From positions 1 through 64,000 of IMG/VR virus record IMGVR_UViG_3300033145_002388: a stretch of 64,000 nt of DNA, one strand, 5' to 3'. This document shows, piece after piece, positions 17,716 to 27,188 of the stretch (within the stretch, counting starts at the first letter, position 1; every line of letters starts with the position of its first letter). Source of the stretch: a virus. The notes beneath the pieces are model-generated. The model worked only from the letters and a program-made list of their open reading frames with translations. It was not told where the DNA came from and ran no database searches. A program made the position numbers and the translations under genes.

Positions 17716-18903
17716 ATGAAAAAAGTTTTAGTTTTACAAAAAAAATTAATAAAACTTTGGTCTGAAAATATTGAAGAAGGCGCATTAATTCAGCTAAAAA
17801 ATCTTGCTAATTTACCATTTATTTTTAAGTGGATTTGTGCTATGCCAGATTGTCATCAAGGTTATGGTATGCCTATTGGTGGCGTAATGGCAACACAAGA
17901 TGTTATAGTTCCTAATTGTGTAGGAGTTGATATTGGATGTGGTATATGTGCTGTAAGGACTTTTTTAACTGAAATAAATACTGATACTCTTAAGGAAATA
18001 ATAGGGAAAATTAGGGAAGTTATACCAGTTGGGTTTAACAAACATAAAGAAAAATTACATTCAGGATTTTTACCAACTTATAAATTTGATACTGATTCAA
18101 AAACTTGTCCAATAGTTTATCAAGAATGGGATAATGCTAGAAAATCTATCGGAACTCTTGGAGGAGGAAATCATTTTATAGAAATTCAAAAAGGCTCTGA
18201 TGGATATATTTGGATTATGATACATAGTGGTTCAAGAAATTTAGGATATAAAGTAGCTAAACATTATAACGAAATTGCAAAGAAACTAAATAAAGAATGG
18301 TTTAGTTCGGTTCCAGAAAAATATGAATTAGCATTTTTACCCATTAAGAGTAAAGAAGGAAAAGCATATTTAAGAGAGATGAAATATTGTATCGAATTTG
18401 CTTTTGCTAATAGAAAGTTAATGATGCAACGAATTATAGAAATATTTTGTAATCAATTTAATATAGAAAATGTTGAAGATAGTTTTGATAAGTTAATAAA
18501 CATAGCTCATAATTATGTTTCATTAGAAAATCATTTTGGAAAAAATGTTTGGGTTCATAGAAAGGGCGCAACACTTGCCAAGAAAGGAACAATAGGAATA
18601 ATTCCAGGAAGTCAGGGAACTAAATCATATATTGTGGAGGGTCTTGGAAATCCAGATAGTTTTATGTCTTGTTCTCATGGAGCTGGAAGAATTATGGGAA
18701 GAAATCAAGCTAGAAAAGATTTAAATTTAAAAGAACAACAAGATAAATTAGATAAACAGGGTATTATTCATTCAATTAGAGGAATTGAGGATTTAGATGA
18801 AGCTCCTGATGCTTATAAAGATATTTCACAAGTAATGGAAAATCAAAAAGATTTAGTGAAAGTTTTGGTCGAGCTTTCACCATTAGCAGTTATTAAAGGT
18901 TAA
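17716..18903 (+). CDS. rtcB: RtcB RNA ligase
   Basis: MPDCHQGYGMPIGGV, VGVDIGCG, GTLGGGNHFIEIQ, HSGSRNLG, AHNY, HRKGAT, SCSHGAGR, DEAPDAYK; start at ATG 17716. Confidence 0.96.
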   Translation: MKKVLVLQKKLIKLWSENIEEGALIQLKNLANLPFIFKWICAMPDCHQGYGMPIGGVMATQDVIVPNCVGVDIGCGICAVRTFLTEINTDTLKEIIGKIREVIPVGFNKHKEKLHSGFLPTYKFDTDSKTCPIVYQEWDNARKSIGTLGGGNHFIEIQKGSDGYIWIMIHSGSRNLGYKVAKHYNEIAKKLNKEWFSSVPEKYELAFLPIKSKEGKAYLREMKYCIEFAFANRKLMMQRIIEIFCNQFNIENVEDSFDKLINIAHNYVSLENHFGKNVWVHRKGATLAKKGTIGIIPGSQGTKSYIVEGLGNPDSFMSCSHGAGRIMGRNQARKDLNLKEQQDKLDKQGIIHSIRGIEDLDEAPDAYKDISQVMENQKDLVKVLVELSPLAVIKG

Positions 18904-18904
18904 A

Positions 18905-19441
18905 ATGAAAAAAGTAAAATGTTTTAAGTGTAATAAAAAAGGAAATGCTAGAGAGTTTACTCATGTTTTTACTCTTAGTGTTTCAGATTTAAAACACTTA
19001 AAAGAATTAAAAAAGAATTATAATGGACAAATTTTGAATTATCAAGAGATAAAGAAACAATTTAATGATGAGAGTAAAGCAAGAAAACAATTAAAGAAAA
19101 CTAATTTCAATTTTCATATGTCTGATGTTGCTTATGAATTACATATTACCAATTTAATGAAATTACAAAGACTAATTAAAGAAAAAAAGCTTAAGATAAG
19201 AGGAAAAATTTGGAAAGCAAAAGATTTTAAGAATATTGGTCCTTCGGGTTTAAAAATTGATTTTAAGCGCTGTATTTGGATTTGTAAGAAATGTTTTGAA
19301 CATACTTGTAAAAGATGTTCGATAGGTTTGTCTAATGAATGGCGTTGTCGATGTGAGGTTTATCATGGAGAATTTTATCCCAAGCATCCTAATTATTGTA
19401 AGAAATGTTGGGATGAAATGAAGCATGAGAAAAAAACTTAA
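18905..19441 (+). CDS. Cys-rich zinc-binding hypothetical protein
   Basis: Multiple CxxC pairs (CFKC, CKKC, CKRC, CKKC). Confidence 0.65.
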   Translation: MKKVKCFKCNKKGNAREFTHVFTLSVSDLKHLKELKKNYNGQILNYQEIKKQFNDESKARKQLKKTNFNFHMSDVAYELHITNLMKLQRLIKEKKLKIRGKIWKAKDFKNIGPSGLKIDFKRCIWICKKCFEHTCKRCSIGLSNEWRCRCEVYHGEFYPKHPNYCKKCWDEMKHEKKT

Positions 19442-19467
19442 AGATTTAATTAATTAAAAAAATTTAT

Positions 19468-19785
19468 ATGAAAGAACTTAAAAAAACTATTGAAGAAATA
19501 GTTAAACATGGTGATGCTAGTAAGATTACTGAAAGAATTATGAAAGTAATTAAGGATTTGCCAAAATTTAATAGTTATTCTTCTATTTCAGATATAAAAA
19601 ATAGAAGTATTTCTGCTAGAGTTGCCTTAAGGGCAGCAATAAATGCTTGGGATAAAATAGATACCACTAATTTAAAGAATGTTCAAGAATTAGCAAATGA
19701 TTATTATGTTTGGCTTAGAGTTAAACAAGAAGCAGGAATGCTTAAAGAGGTTACTAAAGAGATAAATAAAATTGAACCTTTTTAA
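19468..19785 (+). CDS. hypothetical protein
   Basis: 105-aa ORF, conserved leader. Confidence 0.65.
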   Translation: MKELKKTIEEIVKHGDASKITERIMKVIKDLPKFNSYSSISDIKNRSISARVALRAAINAWDKIDTTNLKNVQELANDYYVWLRVKQEAGMLKEVTKEINKIEPF

Positions 19786-19830
19786 GAGATGAATTTAGTC
19801 TTATATAATTAAGTTAATAAAAAAAAGCTT

Positions 19831-20949
19831 ATGTATCCAGTAAATTTAAAGCAACTTAATGAGTTGCTTCCTTATTATTACAAGTTAAACAAACCTTTGT
19901 ATTTATGGGGAAAACCAAGTACTGCAAAGTCTTCTATTATTAGACAATTTGCACAAGAAGAAGCGGTTAGACAAAAATTAAAATATTCTGAAGATGAATT
20001 TGGTCCAGATATCTTTACATGTAAAGTAATTCCTTTATCACAATTTGATGCTCCAGATTTAAGAGGAATGCCAGAAATAAAAAACAATACAACTGTATTT
20101 ATTCCAGGAGCAGAACTTCCTCGGGATGGCCAAGGAATTATTTTCTTTGATGAAATGAATTTAGCTGATGAAATTGTTCGTAAGAGTATGTATATGTATA
20201 TTTTAGAGGGAAGATATTCTAACCTTCCTCCTGTTGTAGACAAAGAAGGTAAATTAAAATATTGGAGAATTGCTGCTAGTAATGATGAAAGTGATTTTAG
20301 TAATGTTGGAAGATTAAGATTAGCTTTACTTAGAAGATTTCATCATTTAGAAGTGGTACCTGACTCAAAAGAAATTACAGATTATTTTTCTAAGATAGGG
20401 GGAAATCCAATGGTGATTGCTTTTTTACTTAATTATCCATCTGAATTATTTCCTCAACCTTATGATGAAAAGATGCTTGAATTAAAAGCTAATCCTTTTC
20501 CATGTATGTGGGAATCAATATCTGATTTTATGAATGCAAATCCAAAAATTAAATCTTCTCAATTAAGAATATTTGTTTCTTCTGCGGTTGGTAATGGCGC
20601 AGGCGCAAAATTTATAGGATTTATTACACTAGCTTCTAAATTAAAAATAGATGATTTAATAAAGAATCCGAAATTAGAAATTGAAAAAATATCTAAAGAA
20701 CCTGAAAAAATTTCATTGCTGTATGCAGTAATTGCTACTTTACAAGATAGATGGAATCATAATAAATTAACTCCAGCTCAAGTCGAAGGAGTTATAACAT
20801 TCCTAGATTTAGAATTTCAAACTGCTTTTTTGAAAATGTTAATAGGAAATAGTAAAGGAAAAAGAAGATTGCCGAAACTTTTAGAATGTCCAAAAATTGT
20901 TAAGATAATGGAAAATTTAGGAGTCTATTTTGGTGATGATAATGAATAA
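19831..20949 (+). CDS. MoxR-like AAA+ ATPase
   Basis: Walker A variant WGKPSTAKS, DLRGMP, Walker B IIFFDEMN, AASN, LLRRF. Confidence 0.88.
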   Translation: MYPVNLKQLNELLPYYYKLNKPLYLWGKPSTAKSSIIRQFAQEEAVRQKLKYSEDEFGPDIFTCKVIPLSQFDAPDLRGMPEIKNNTTVFIPGAELPRDGQGIIFFDEMNLADEIVRKSMYMYILEGRYSNLPPVVDKEGKLKYWRIAASNDESDFSNVGRLRLALLRRFHHLEVVPDSKEITDYFSKIGGNPMVIAFLLNYPSELFPQPYDEKMLELKANPFPCMWESISDFMNANPKIKSSQLRIFVSSAVGNGAGAKFIGFITLASKLKIDDLIKNPKLEIEKISKEPEKISLLYAVIATLQDRWNHNKLTPAQVEGVITFLDLEFQTAFLKMLIGNSKGKRRLPKLLECPKIVKIMENLGVYFGDDNE

Positions 20950-22141
20950 AGAAAGATTTATGAAAGCAAAAATTCAAATGTTAGTTGATCAACCTTTCTT
21001 TGGACAGCTAGCTTCTTATTTAATTCCTATTGTAAATGATAAAATTTGTCCAACAATGGGTGTTAATCAATTGGGAGAATTATTTGTAAATTCTAAATGG
21101 GTTGATGCTTTAGCTTTTAATGAATTGAAAGGAGTTCTTATGCATGAAATATTACATTTAGCTTTCTTGCATCCTGTAAGATCAAAAGTTTTTGATAAGA
21201 AATTATATAATATTGCTGCTGATTTAAAAATAAATGATTTGTTATTAAATGGAGAAAAATATAAAGTAAATTTGCCGAAGGATGGATTTCTTCCTAATTA
21301 TAATCATAGTTGGGAAATGGATAAAATTAAAATAGAAAAAATTGACGAGAAAACTACTGAACAAATTTATTATGAATTAGAAAAAGTTTATGAGACTTTG
21401 AAAGATAAAAAATATAGACAAGATTTAATAATTGTTTCTGATAGAGATCAAAATAAGGAGTCTAAATCAGGATCTAAGTCACAATCAAAAAAGTATTCAG
21501 AAATTTCAGCAGAAAAATTACAACAAGCTAAAGATTTATGGACCGATAGAGTTAATTCAATTAAGATTCAAGGACTTTTACCAGGAGAAATTTCAAGAGC
21601 TTTAAATTCTTTAAGAGCGCATAAAATTACTTGGAATTCTTGGTTACACGGAAGATTTGCTCGATTAATTAAAGAAAGATCTTGGAGTCGTCCAAGTAAA
21701 CGTTGGCTTCCTTGGTATTTTCCTGCTTCTACTAAAGTTAAAGGCTTACGTTGTGTAATAGGAGTTGATACTTCAGGTTCAATTTCAGATAAAGAATATT
21801 CGGAAATTATTTCCGAACTTTATGGAATCTATGTTGATTACAGAGGTGCTGTTGAAATGATTGTACTTGGTTGTGATTCTAAAGTACATAATGTTTATAA
21901 TTTCAAAGATAATGAACAGGAGAAATTAAAGAAGATTAAAATGACTGGAGGAGGAGGAACAGATTTTCGTCCAGTATTTAATTGGATTAAAACAAAATTA
22001 AGACAACCAGTCGATTGTCTTATATATTTTACAGATGGGTGTGGAAGTTTTCCTCAAAATTCTAATTTACCTTTTGAGGTGATTTGGGTTATTACTTCAA
22101 ATATTGAGCCCCCATTTGGAAAAAGATTAAGTCTAAAATAA
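20942..22141 (+). CDS. DUF2201-type zincin metallopeptidase plus vWA domain protein
   Basis: QPFFG, MHEILH, NIAADLKIN; MIDAS VDTSGS, GGGGTDF, YFTDG. Confidence 0.9.
   Translation: MNKERFMKAKIQMLVDQPFFGQLASYLIPIVNDKICPTMGVNQLGELFVNSKWVDALAFNELKGVLMHEILHLAFLHPVRSKVFDKKLYNIAADLKINDLLLNGEKYKVNLPKDGFLPNYNHSWEMDKIKIEKIDEKTTEQIYYELEKVYETLKDKKYRQDLIIVSDRDQNKESKSGSKSQSKKYSEISAEKLQQAKDLWTDRVNSIKIQGLLPGEISRALNSLRAHKITWNSWLHGRFARLIKERSWSRPSKRWLPWYFPASTKVKGLRCVIGVDTSGSISDKEYSEIISELYGIYVDYRGAVEMIVLGCDSKVHNVYNFKDNEQEKLKKIKMTGGGGTDFRPVFNWIKTKLRQPVDCLIYFTDGCGSFPQNSNLPFEVIWVITSNIEPPFGKRLSLK
21800..21816. repeat. 17-bp palindrome copy 2 (TCGGAAATTATTTCCGA; extends to 19 bp)
   Basis: Inside vWA gene, read as SEIISE with TCG/TCC codons. 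Confidence 0.85.
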
Positions 22142-22146
22142 ATATT

Positions 22147-22383
22147 ATGGCAGAAACAAAAATTAAAGTTCAAAAAGAAATATATGATTTTAAGTTATCA
22201 TTTTCAATTGATAAAAAAGTAGAAACTCAAGGTTCGTATTCTCCTGATTATAGATTATTAAGAACGATGGATCAAGGTAGTTTTATTTTTCGTTGTAAAA
22301 GTTTAGAAGAAGCAAGAGAGTTTAGTCGGGCTTTTCTTTCATTATTAAAATTAAATAAAGAAAATGGAAATAAAGAAAAATAA
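22147..22383 (+). CDS. hypothetical protein
   Basis: 78-aa ORF. Confidence 0.6.
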   Translation: MAETKIKVQKEIYDFKLSFSIDKKVETQGSYSPDYRLLRTMDQGSFIFRCKSLEEAREFSRAFLSLLKLNKENGNKEK

Positions 22384-23398
22384 AATTGAAAAATTTAAAC
22401 TTCCTTTAAAATCAGATATTCTAAAATATTTTGAAGAATTAAAGGAAATAGATCTTAGAATAGAAAAGGAACAACAAGAAGTAGAAAATAAGTATTCTAC
22501 ACAAAAACTTAATGCACAATTTAAATTAGCAAAAGAAAAAATAAAATTTCATTTAAATTTAGAAAGAGAATTAAGAAAGAAAAAATATTTAGAAGCTTTT
22601 AATCTTTTAAAAGTAGTTAAAAGATTTCAATCTAATTTGAATTATGCATTATATTTTGCTTGTGTAAAATTAGAAAGGATAGTTATAGATGGTTTTACTT
22701 TTCGTCCATATATTTCTTGGGATTCAAAAGTAGGAGCTGATTTTTTTCATTATAAATGTCAGCTTCCCTTAAAAAAATTAATAGCACTTTTTGATAAAGA
22801 TCTTAAAATTTATCAAGAAAATAACAAATGGTTTTTGAATAAATTAGATTTATCAGTAATTTATGAACATCCAGCGGTAAATAAAGCTCTATTTTTAAAG
22901 CTCCTGAAAATTAAGAAAAAAATTCAAGATGTAATTGAGGAACTCGATCTTTATAATGTTTGTGGTTATAATTCAATTATGATTAACTTACCTGAATCTA
23001 ATTTTGAAATTACTGAAAATGCTATTATATGCAGAGTGGGATCTTATTATAATGTAGAATCTTTTAAATTTTTATTTTCGAAAGATAATAATGAAGTATC
23101 CAGACTTGATCCTAAATTCAGATTTGAATTGGTTTATAAAGAAATAGATAATTTTTTATTGTTAAATTATGATGAAGCGATTAAAAAATATCCTGTTTTT
23201 GATTTTATAGATTCATTAAAGTATGATCTTTGCAAAGAAGATAAGATAACAAATTTACTTTCTGCTTTACAAAGTAATATTTTAATTAATACTCTTGATA
23301 AAATTAGAAGGCTTATTGATGTAATAAATGTAGAAGCTGAAAAATTATCTTGTTATGAGAAAAGGTCATTAAGTTTAATTAAATTACTTAAAAAATAA
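22364..23398 (+). CDS. hypothetical protein
   Basis: 344-aa ORF with coiled-coil ends. Confidence 0.7.
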   Translation: MEIKKNKIEKFKLPLKSDILKYFEELKEIDLRIEKEQQEVENKYSTQKLNAQFKLAKEKIKFHLNLERELRKKKYLEAFNLLKVVKRFQSNLNYALYFACVKLERIVIDGFTFRPYISWDSKVGADFFHYKCQLPLKKLIALFDKDLKIYQENNKWFLNKLDLSVIYEHPAVNKALFLKLLKIKKKIQDVIEELDLYNVCGYNSIMINLPESNFEITENAIICRVGSYYNVESFKFLFSKDNNEVSRLDPKFRFELVYKEIDNFLLLNYDEAIKKYPVFDFIDSLKYDLCKEDKITNLLSALQSNILINTLDKIRRLIDVINVEAEKLSCYEKRSLSLIKLLKK

Positions 23399-23402
23399 TT
23401 GT

Positions 23403-24365
23403 ATGGAAAAAAATATCTTTGAAGAAGCAGATAAATCATTAAAGAAGATTATTAAACTACAACAATCTGATTTTAAATTAAGAGTAAAATTAATAGAAAC
23501 TATTTCGAATCATCCAGTAATTAAACTAATGAGTAGAGTTCAGAAAATAATCTGGAATGAATCTAATAATATGGATTATCTGGTTAGATCAATTCCATAT
23601 CCTCTTAGGGTTCCCTTAGTTGTAGTAAAAAGTTCTATTTCTAATTATAATAATCTTAAAAATCCTATTTTTCATAGAAACTTTGGAATAAAAGGTAAGT
23701 CATCTTATGATTCTTTTAATCAATTTAGTTTATTAATTGAAAGTTCTAAGCTTATTAAAGATAATCAGCTTTTTCTTAATTCAGAGGATTTGATTATAGA
23801 TTTAGAACCTGCTTTATATTCTGCTAAAAAAATTAATCATAGTAATTTAGATTTATTAATAACTTTAATTAAACATTTTAATTCTGATTATAAAATGTAT
23901 TGGGAGTTTCCTTTTAAATGTGAAAATGAAATGGGATTTTTAAAGTTTGATTTTTCTAGATCATTATCATTAAAATCTGGTGAACCAACTCTTAATTTAG
24001 AATTTGGTTCTAAGGTTTCCAGTAATTATCGAAATAAAATAGGATTTTTTGATTTCTTTGGTTATTCTATATCAAGAATCTGTAGAGGAATTTTAGGTAA
24101 TGGATATTCTCTTTCTTCTTCTGATTATTTTTCAATTGATTATCGTTATGAATTAAATATTAAAAAGAAAATTGATGATTTTGAAAGATTAGAAAAATAT
24201 GAAACTCAACTTAGAGGATTCCTAAGTAAATGGAATGAAATTGATAAAAGTCTTAATGATTTTTATAGATCAAATAAATTTAAATTTGATTTGATTTTAT
24301 CAGATTATGAAAAGTTTACTAAAAAAATTAAGTCTTATGAATTATTACAGAAATTAAAAAAATGA
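23403..24365 (+). CDS. hypothetical protein
   Basis: 320-aa ORF with coiled-coil ends. Confidence 0.7.
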   Translation: MEKNIFEEADKSLKKIIKLQQSDFKLRVKLIETISNHPVIKLMSRVQKIIWNESNNMDYLVRSIPYPLRVPLVVVKSSISNYNNLKNPIFHRNFGIKGKSSYDSFNQFSLLIESSKLIKDNQLFLNSEDLIIDLEPALYSAKKINHSNLDLLITLIKHFNSDYKMYWEFPFKCENEMGFLKFDFSRSLSLKSGEPTLNLEFGSKVSSNYRNKIGFFDFFGYSISRICRGILGNGYSLSSSDYFSIDYRYELNIKKKIDDFERLEKYETQLRGFLSKWNEIDKSLNDFYRSNKFKFDLILSDYEKFTKKIKSYELLQKLKK

Positions 24366-24865
24366 TAAATAAAATTAAAAACTTTTCTTTACAAAGTTTA
24401 AATTTACCTAGTTACTTTGATGTAGTAAAAAGTCTTTTAACGTATGAAGAATCTGATTGTTGGAGTATTAATCATGAATTAGTTTTTGGTTATAAAAAGA
24501 ATTCTAAAAAGAGTTGGGAAGAAATACAATTAATTATTGCGCATGAAATTATGCATTTAATTCTTTTGCATCCTTTTATTAAAAAACCTGATTGTGAATT
24601 TCTGTTTCAGAAAGCTTGTGATTATGTTGTGAATGGAATGTTAATTAATAAATATGGCTTAAAGGATTTAAAGAAATATGCAATATATAAACCTGATGAA
24701 AAATGGAATGTTAAGGAATGTAATAAATTGATTTGTATTAAAAATTTATCAAGTATTGAATTATTTTTTAAATTTTGTAAACTTAATAATAGAAAAGAAT
24801 TCAAGATAGATTTTTTAATTTTAGAAATGGCTAATTTTATTTCTCAATGTAAAGAAAAAGTTTAG
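24362..24865 (+). CDS. stand-alone DUF2201_N-like zincin metallopeptidase
   Basis: IAHEIMHLILLHP..FQKACDYVVN parallels LMHEILHLAFLHP..YNIAADLKIN of 20942..22141. Confidence 0.75.
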   Translation: MINKIKNFSLQSLNLPSYFDVVKSLLTYEESDCWSINHELVFGYKKNSKKSWEEIQLIIAHEIMHLILLHPFIKKPDCEFLFQKACDYVVNGMLINKYGLKDLKKYAIYKPDEKWNVKECNKLICIKNLSSIELFFKFCKLNNRKEFKIDFLILEMANFISQCKEKV

Positions 24866-24873
24866 GATTCATG

Positions 24874-24930
24874 AAAAAAAAGTTAGGACTCTGGCTTTTA
24901 TTGCCAGGGTCTTGACTTTTTTTTTCTTTT
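24874..24930 (+). terminator. strong (possibly bidirectional) intrinsic terminator
   Basis: A-run, AGTTAGGACTCTGGC-TTTTATT-GCCAGGGTCTTGACT, T-run. Confidence 0.8.
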
Positions 24931-24939
24931 ATCTAAAAT
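24912..24939 (+). promoter_or_regulatory. candidate sigma70-type promoter for the morphogenesis module
   Basis: TTGACT-16nt-TAAAAT (TATAAT 5 nt further downstream). Confidence 0.4.
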
Positions 24940-24961
24940 ATAATTAAATTTCCTACGTATT

Positions 24962-25261
24962 ATGATTTTACCTAAATTAGTTAAAGTTTTATTTAGAATT
25001 CATTTAAATCTTTTTGAAAATAAACATCAATGTTGGGTTGATAATAAACCGTTTGTTTTGAATAAAATTAAAATTCGTGGGACTGGAAAAGATTTGCGTT
25101 ATTATTTATTTGGTTCTTATATGTTAATAGAACAAAACCCTTATAAGAATACTCAAGAAGCTAAGTTAGCCAGAAAGGGGGAGAAAATTACTTGGTTAAT
25201 CGAAACTAAAACTGATAAATATTTATATAGAATTAATCAAAATAAAATTAAAAAATTATGA
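24962..25261 (+). CDS. hypothetical protein
   Basis: 99-aa ORF, IEQNPYKNT..AKLARKGEKITW. Confidence 0.65.
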   Translation: MILPKLVKVLFRIHLNLFENKHQCWVDNKPFVLNKIKIRGTGKDLRYYLFGSYMLIEQNPYKNTQEAKLARKGEKITWLIETKTDKYLYRINQNKIKKL

Positions 25262-25560
25262 TTACTCAATTAAAGGAGGTAAAAAAAGAAGAGATTAAAA
25301 AACCATCGGTAGTAATTCCCCCTTTAGATTCAGAGAAAAAAGAAAAATCAAACTGTTATCAAGATTATCCTCATATAAAAACATTAGGAAGATTTAGTAA
25401 ATTTATTATTATTAGTTGTTCTTTATCTATATTTTTTTTAGCAGGGACAATTTTTATTTCAAATTTAAATACTGCTTTAAGTTTTAAAATAATTTCGGTA
25501 ATCACTTTATTTTTATTTGTATTTGATCTTTTACATTCTTATAAATTCTTTTTTAAATAA
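25258..25560 (+). CDS. two-TM membrane protein
   Basis: Two hydrophobic helices in C-terminal half. Confidence 0.65.
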   Translation: MITQLKEVKKEEIKKPSVVIPPLDSEKKEKSNCYQDYPHIKTLGRFSKFIIISCSLSIFFLAGTIFISNLNTALSFKIISVITLFLFVFDLLHSYKFFFK

Positions 25561-25561
25561 T

Positions 25562-27184
25562 ATGAATAGATTGAAAAAAAAAGATACTGCCATTTTTAAA
25601 TGGTTAGACGATACTGGTATTTTAACTGATAGGGGAATGCCATTTGAATTTAAAGATCATGCTTTTATTAGGGACTTATTTAGTAATTTCAACAAAAAAA
25701 TTGTAGTTAAAAAATGTTCTCAGATTGGTGTTTCATTAGCATTACTTTGTAAGATTCTTTATTTATCTGATGTAATGGCAAAAAGAACTTCAACTCTTTA
25801 TACTTTACCAACTGATGATGATGTTAAAGATTTTGTTAGAACTAAATTTGATCCGATTGTTTTAGGTTCTAATCTTAGTAGATTTGCTGAAGGTGTTAGA
25901 AAAGAAGATAAAGTTTATTCTATTCAATTAAAAAAGATTGCTGATTCATTCTTTTATTTTAGAGGTTCAAGGTCAATGTCTAGAGCTTTAAGTGTTTCAA
26001 TTGATATCTGGATAGGAGACGAATGGGATTATCAGGAACAGGGAATTAAAGAAATGTATACCGAAAGATTAAAAGGTTCGGATTCTTTAAGAATAAATTG
26101 GATGGTAGGTAATCCTACAATTCCTAATTATGGAATAGCAAAAGAGTTTGAAGATTCAACTCAGAATTATTGGTATGTTACTTGTCCTATTTGCAAGCAT
26201 GTTCAACGTTTGGTTTGGCCAGACTCAATTGATAAGGAAAGAAAAACATTTGTATGTCGTAGCTGTAATCGTCCACTTTCAGATGATGATAGAAGAAAAG
26301 GATTTTGGAAACCCGTTTATCCCGATAGAGAAATGGTAGGTTATTCTTTTAATCGTTTAATGGCTCCATGGTTTTCTGCACAAGATATTTTAGATGATTT
26401 TCAAAATAAAAAGAAGGAAAATTTTTATAGATTTGTTTTGGGTGAAGCTTATGAAGGAAGTGGGATTGATGTTAAGTCTAAATTTAAAACCTTTTTGACT
26501 GATTCTAAATTAAAAGAAGGAAAACGGATTATGGGTATAGACCAAGGAGATAAATTTTTTGTGACTAGCGGGATTGCCGGAAAGTCATTTAGGATTATAG
26601 ATTATAATGCTGAAACTGAATTGCCTGCTGATATTAATGATATGATTTCGACATTAAAACCTGATTTAATTGTAATGGATGCGCTTCCAAATAAACATTT
26701 AGGGAGGATTTTTCAAAAGCAATATAGTAAAACTAAATTCCTTTTGGCTAATGAAAGAGATAGATCTCTAAAAGTTTCTGAACCAATAATAGTTGATTAT
26801 AAAACTGGAATTGTTAGCGCAGACAGGACTATGATTTTAGATGATATGTTTGAAACTTTAGAGAAAGGAATTTTAAAAATAAATAAAAGCGTTTCTCATC
26901 AAGATCTTTTTAAAAAGCATCTTGGAAATATAATACCAGAGGAAAAAGAAGTTAATGGGAGTTTTAAAAGAAGATATAAGAAAATAGGTGAGGATCATTA
27001 TGCATTTGCTTTATCATTTTTTACTATTGGTGCATCACTTTTAATGCCAATTAAAATTGAAAAAAAGGAAATTAAAAAAGAGGAAGAAAAGAAAGTAAAA
27101 ACTTTTATGGAAGATCCCGATTTCATAAAAGCATTAAGAAGAAACAAAGATTCTGAATCGTGGGATTTAATTAAAGAGATTTAA
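25562..27184 (+). CDS. terL: terminase large subunit, GpA-like
   Basis: VVKKCSQIGVS (GpA-type P-loop), IWIGDEWD, GNPT, CPIC/CRSC Zn ribbon, MGIDQG, DHYAFA; start ATG 25562. Confidence 0.85.
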   Translation: MNRLKKKDTAIFKWLDDTGILTDRGMPFEFKDHAFIRDLFSNFNKKIVVKKCSQIGVSLALLCKILYLSDVMAKRTSTLYTLPTDDDVKDFVRTKFDPIVLGSNLSRFAEGVRKEDKVYSIQLKKIADSFFYFRGSRSMSRALSVSIDIWIGDEWDYQEQGIKEMYTERLKGSDSLRINWMVGNPTIPNYGIAKEFEDSTQNYWYVTCPICKHVQRLVWPDSIDKERKTFVCRSCNRPLSDDDRRKGFWKPVYPDREMVGYSFNRLMAPWFSAQDILDDFQNKKKENFYRFVLGEAYEGSGIDVKSKFKTFLTDSKLKEGKRIMGIDQGDKFFVTSGIAGKSFRIIDYNAETELPADINDMISTLKPDLIVMDALPNKHLGRIFQKQYSKTKFLLANERDRSLKVSEPIIVDYKTGIVSADRTMILDDMFETLEKGILKINKSVSHQDLFKKHLGNIIPEEKEVNGSFKRRYKKIGEDHYAFALSFFTIGASLLMPIKIEKKEIKKEEEKKVKTFMEDPDFIKALRRNKDSESWDLIKEI

Positions 27185-27188
27185 ATTT

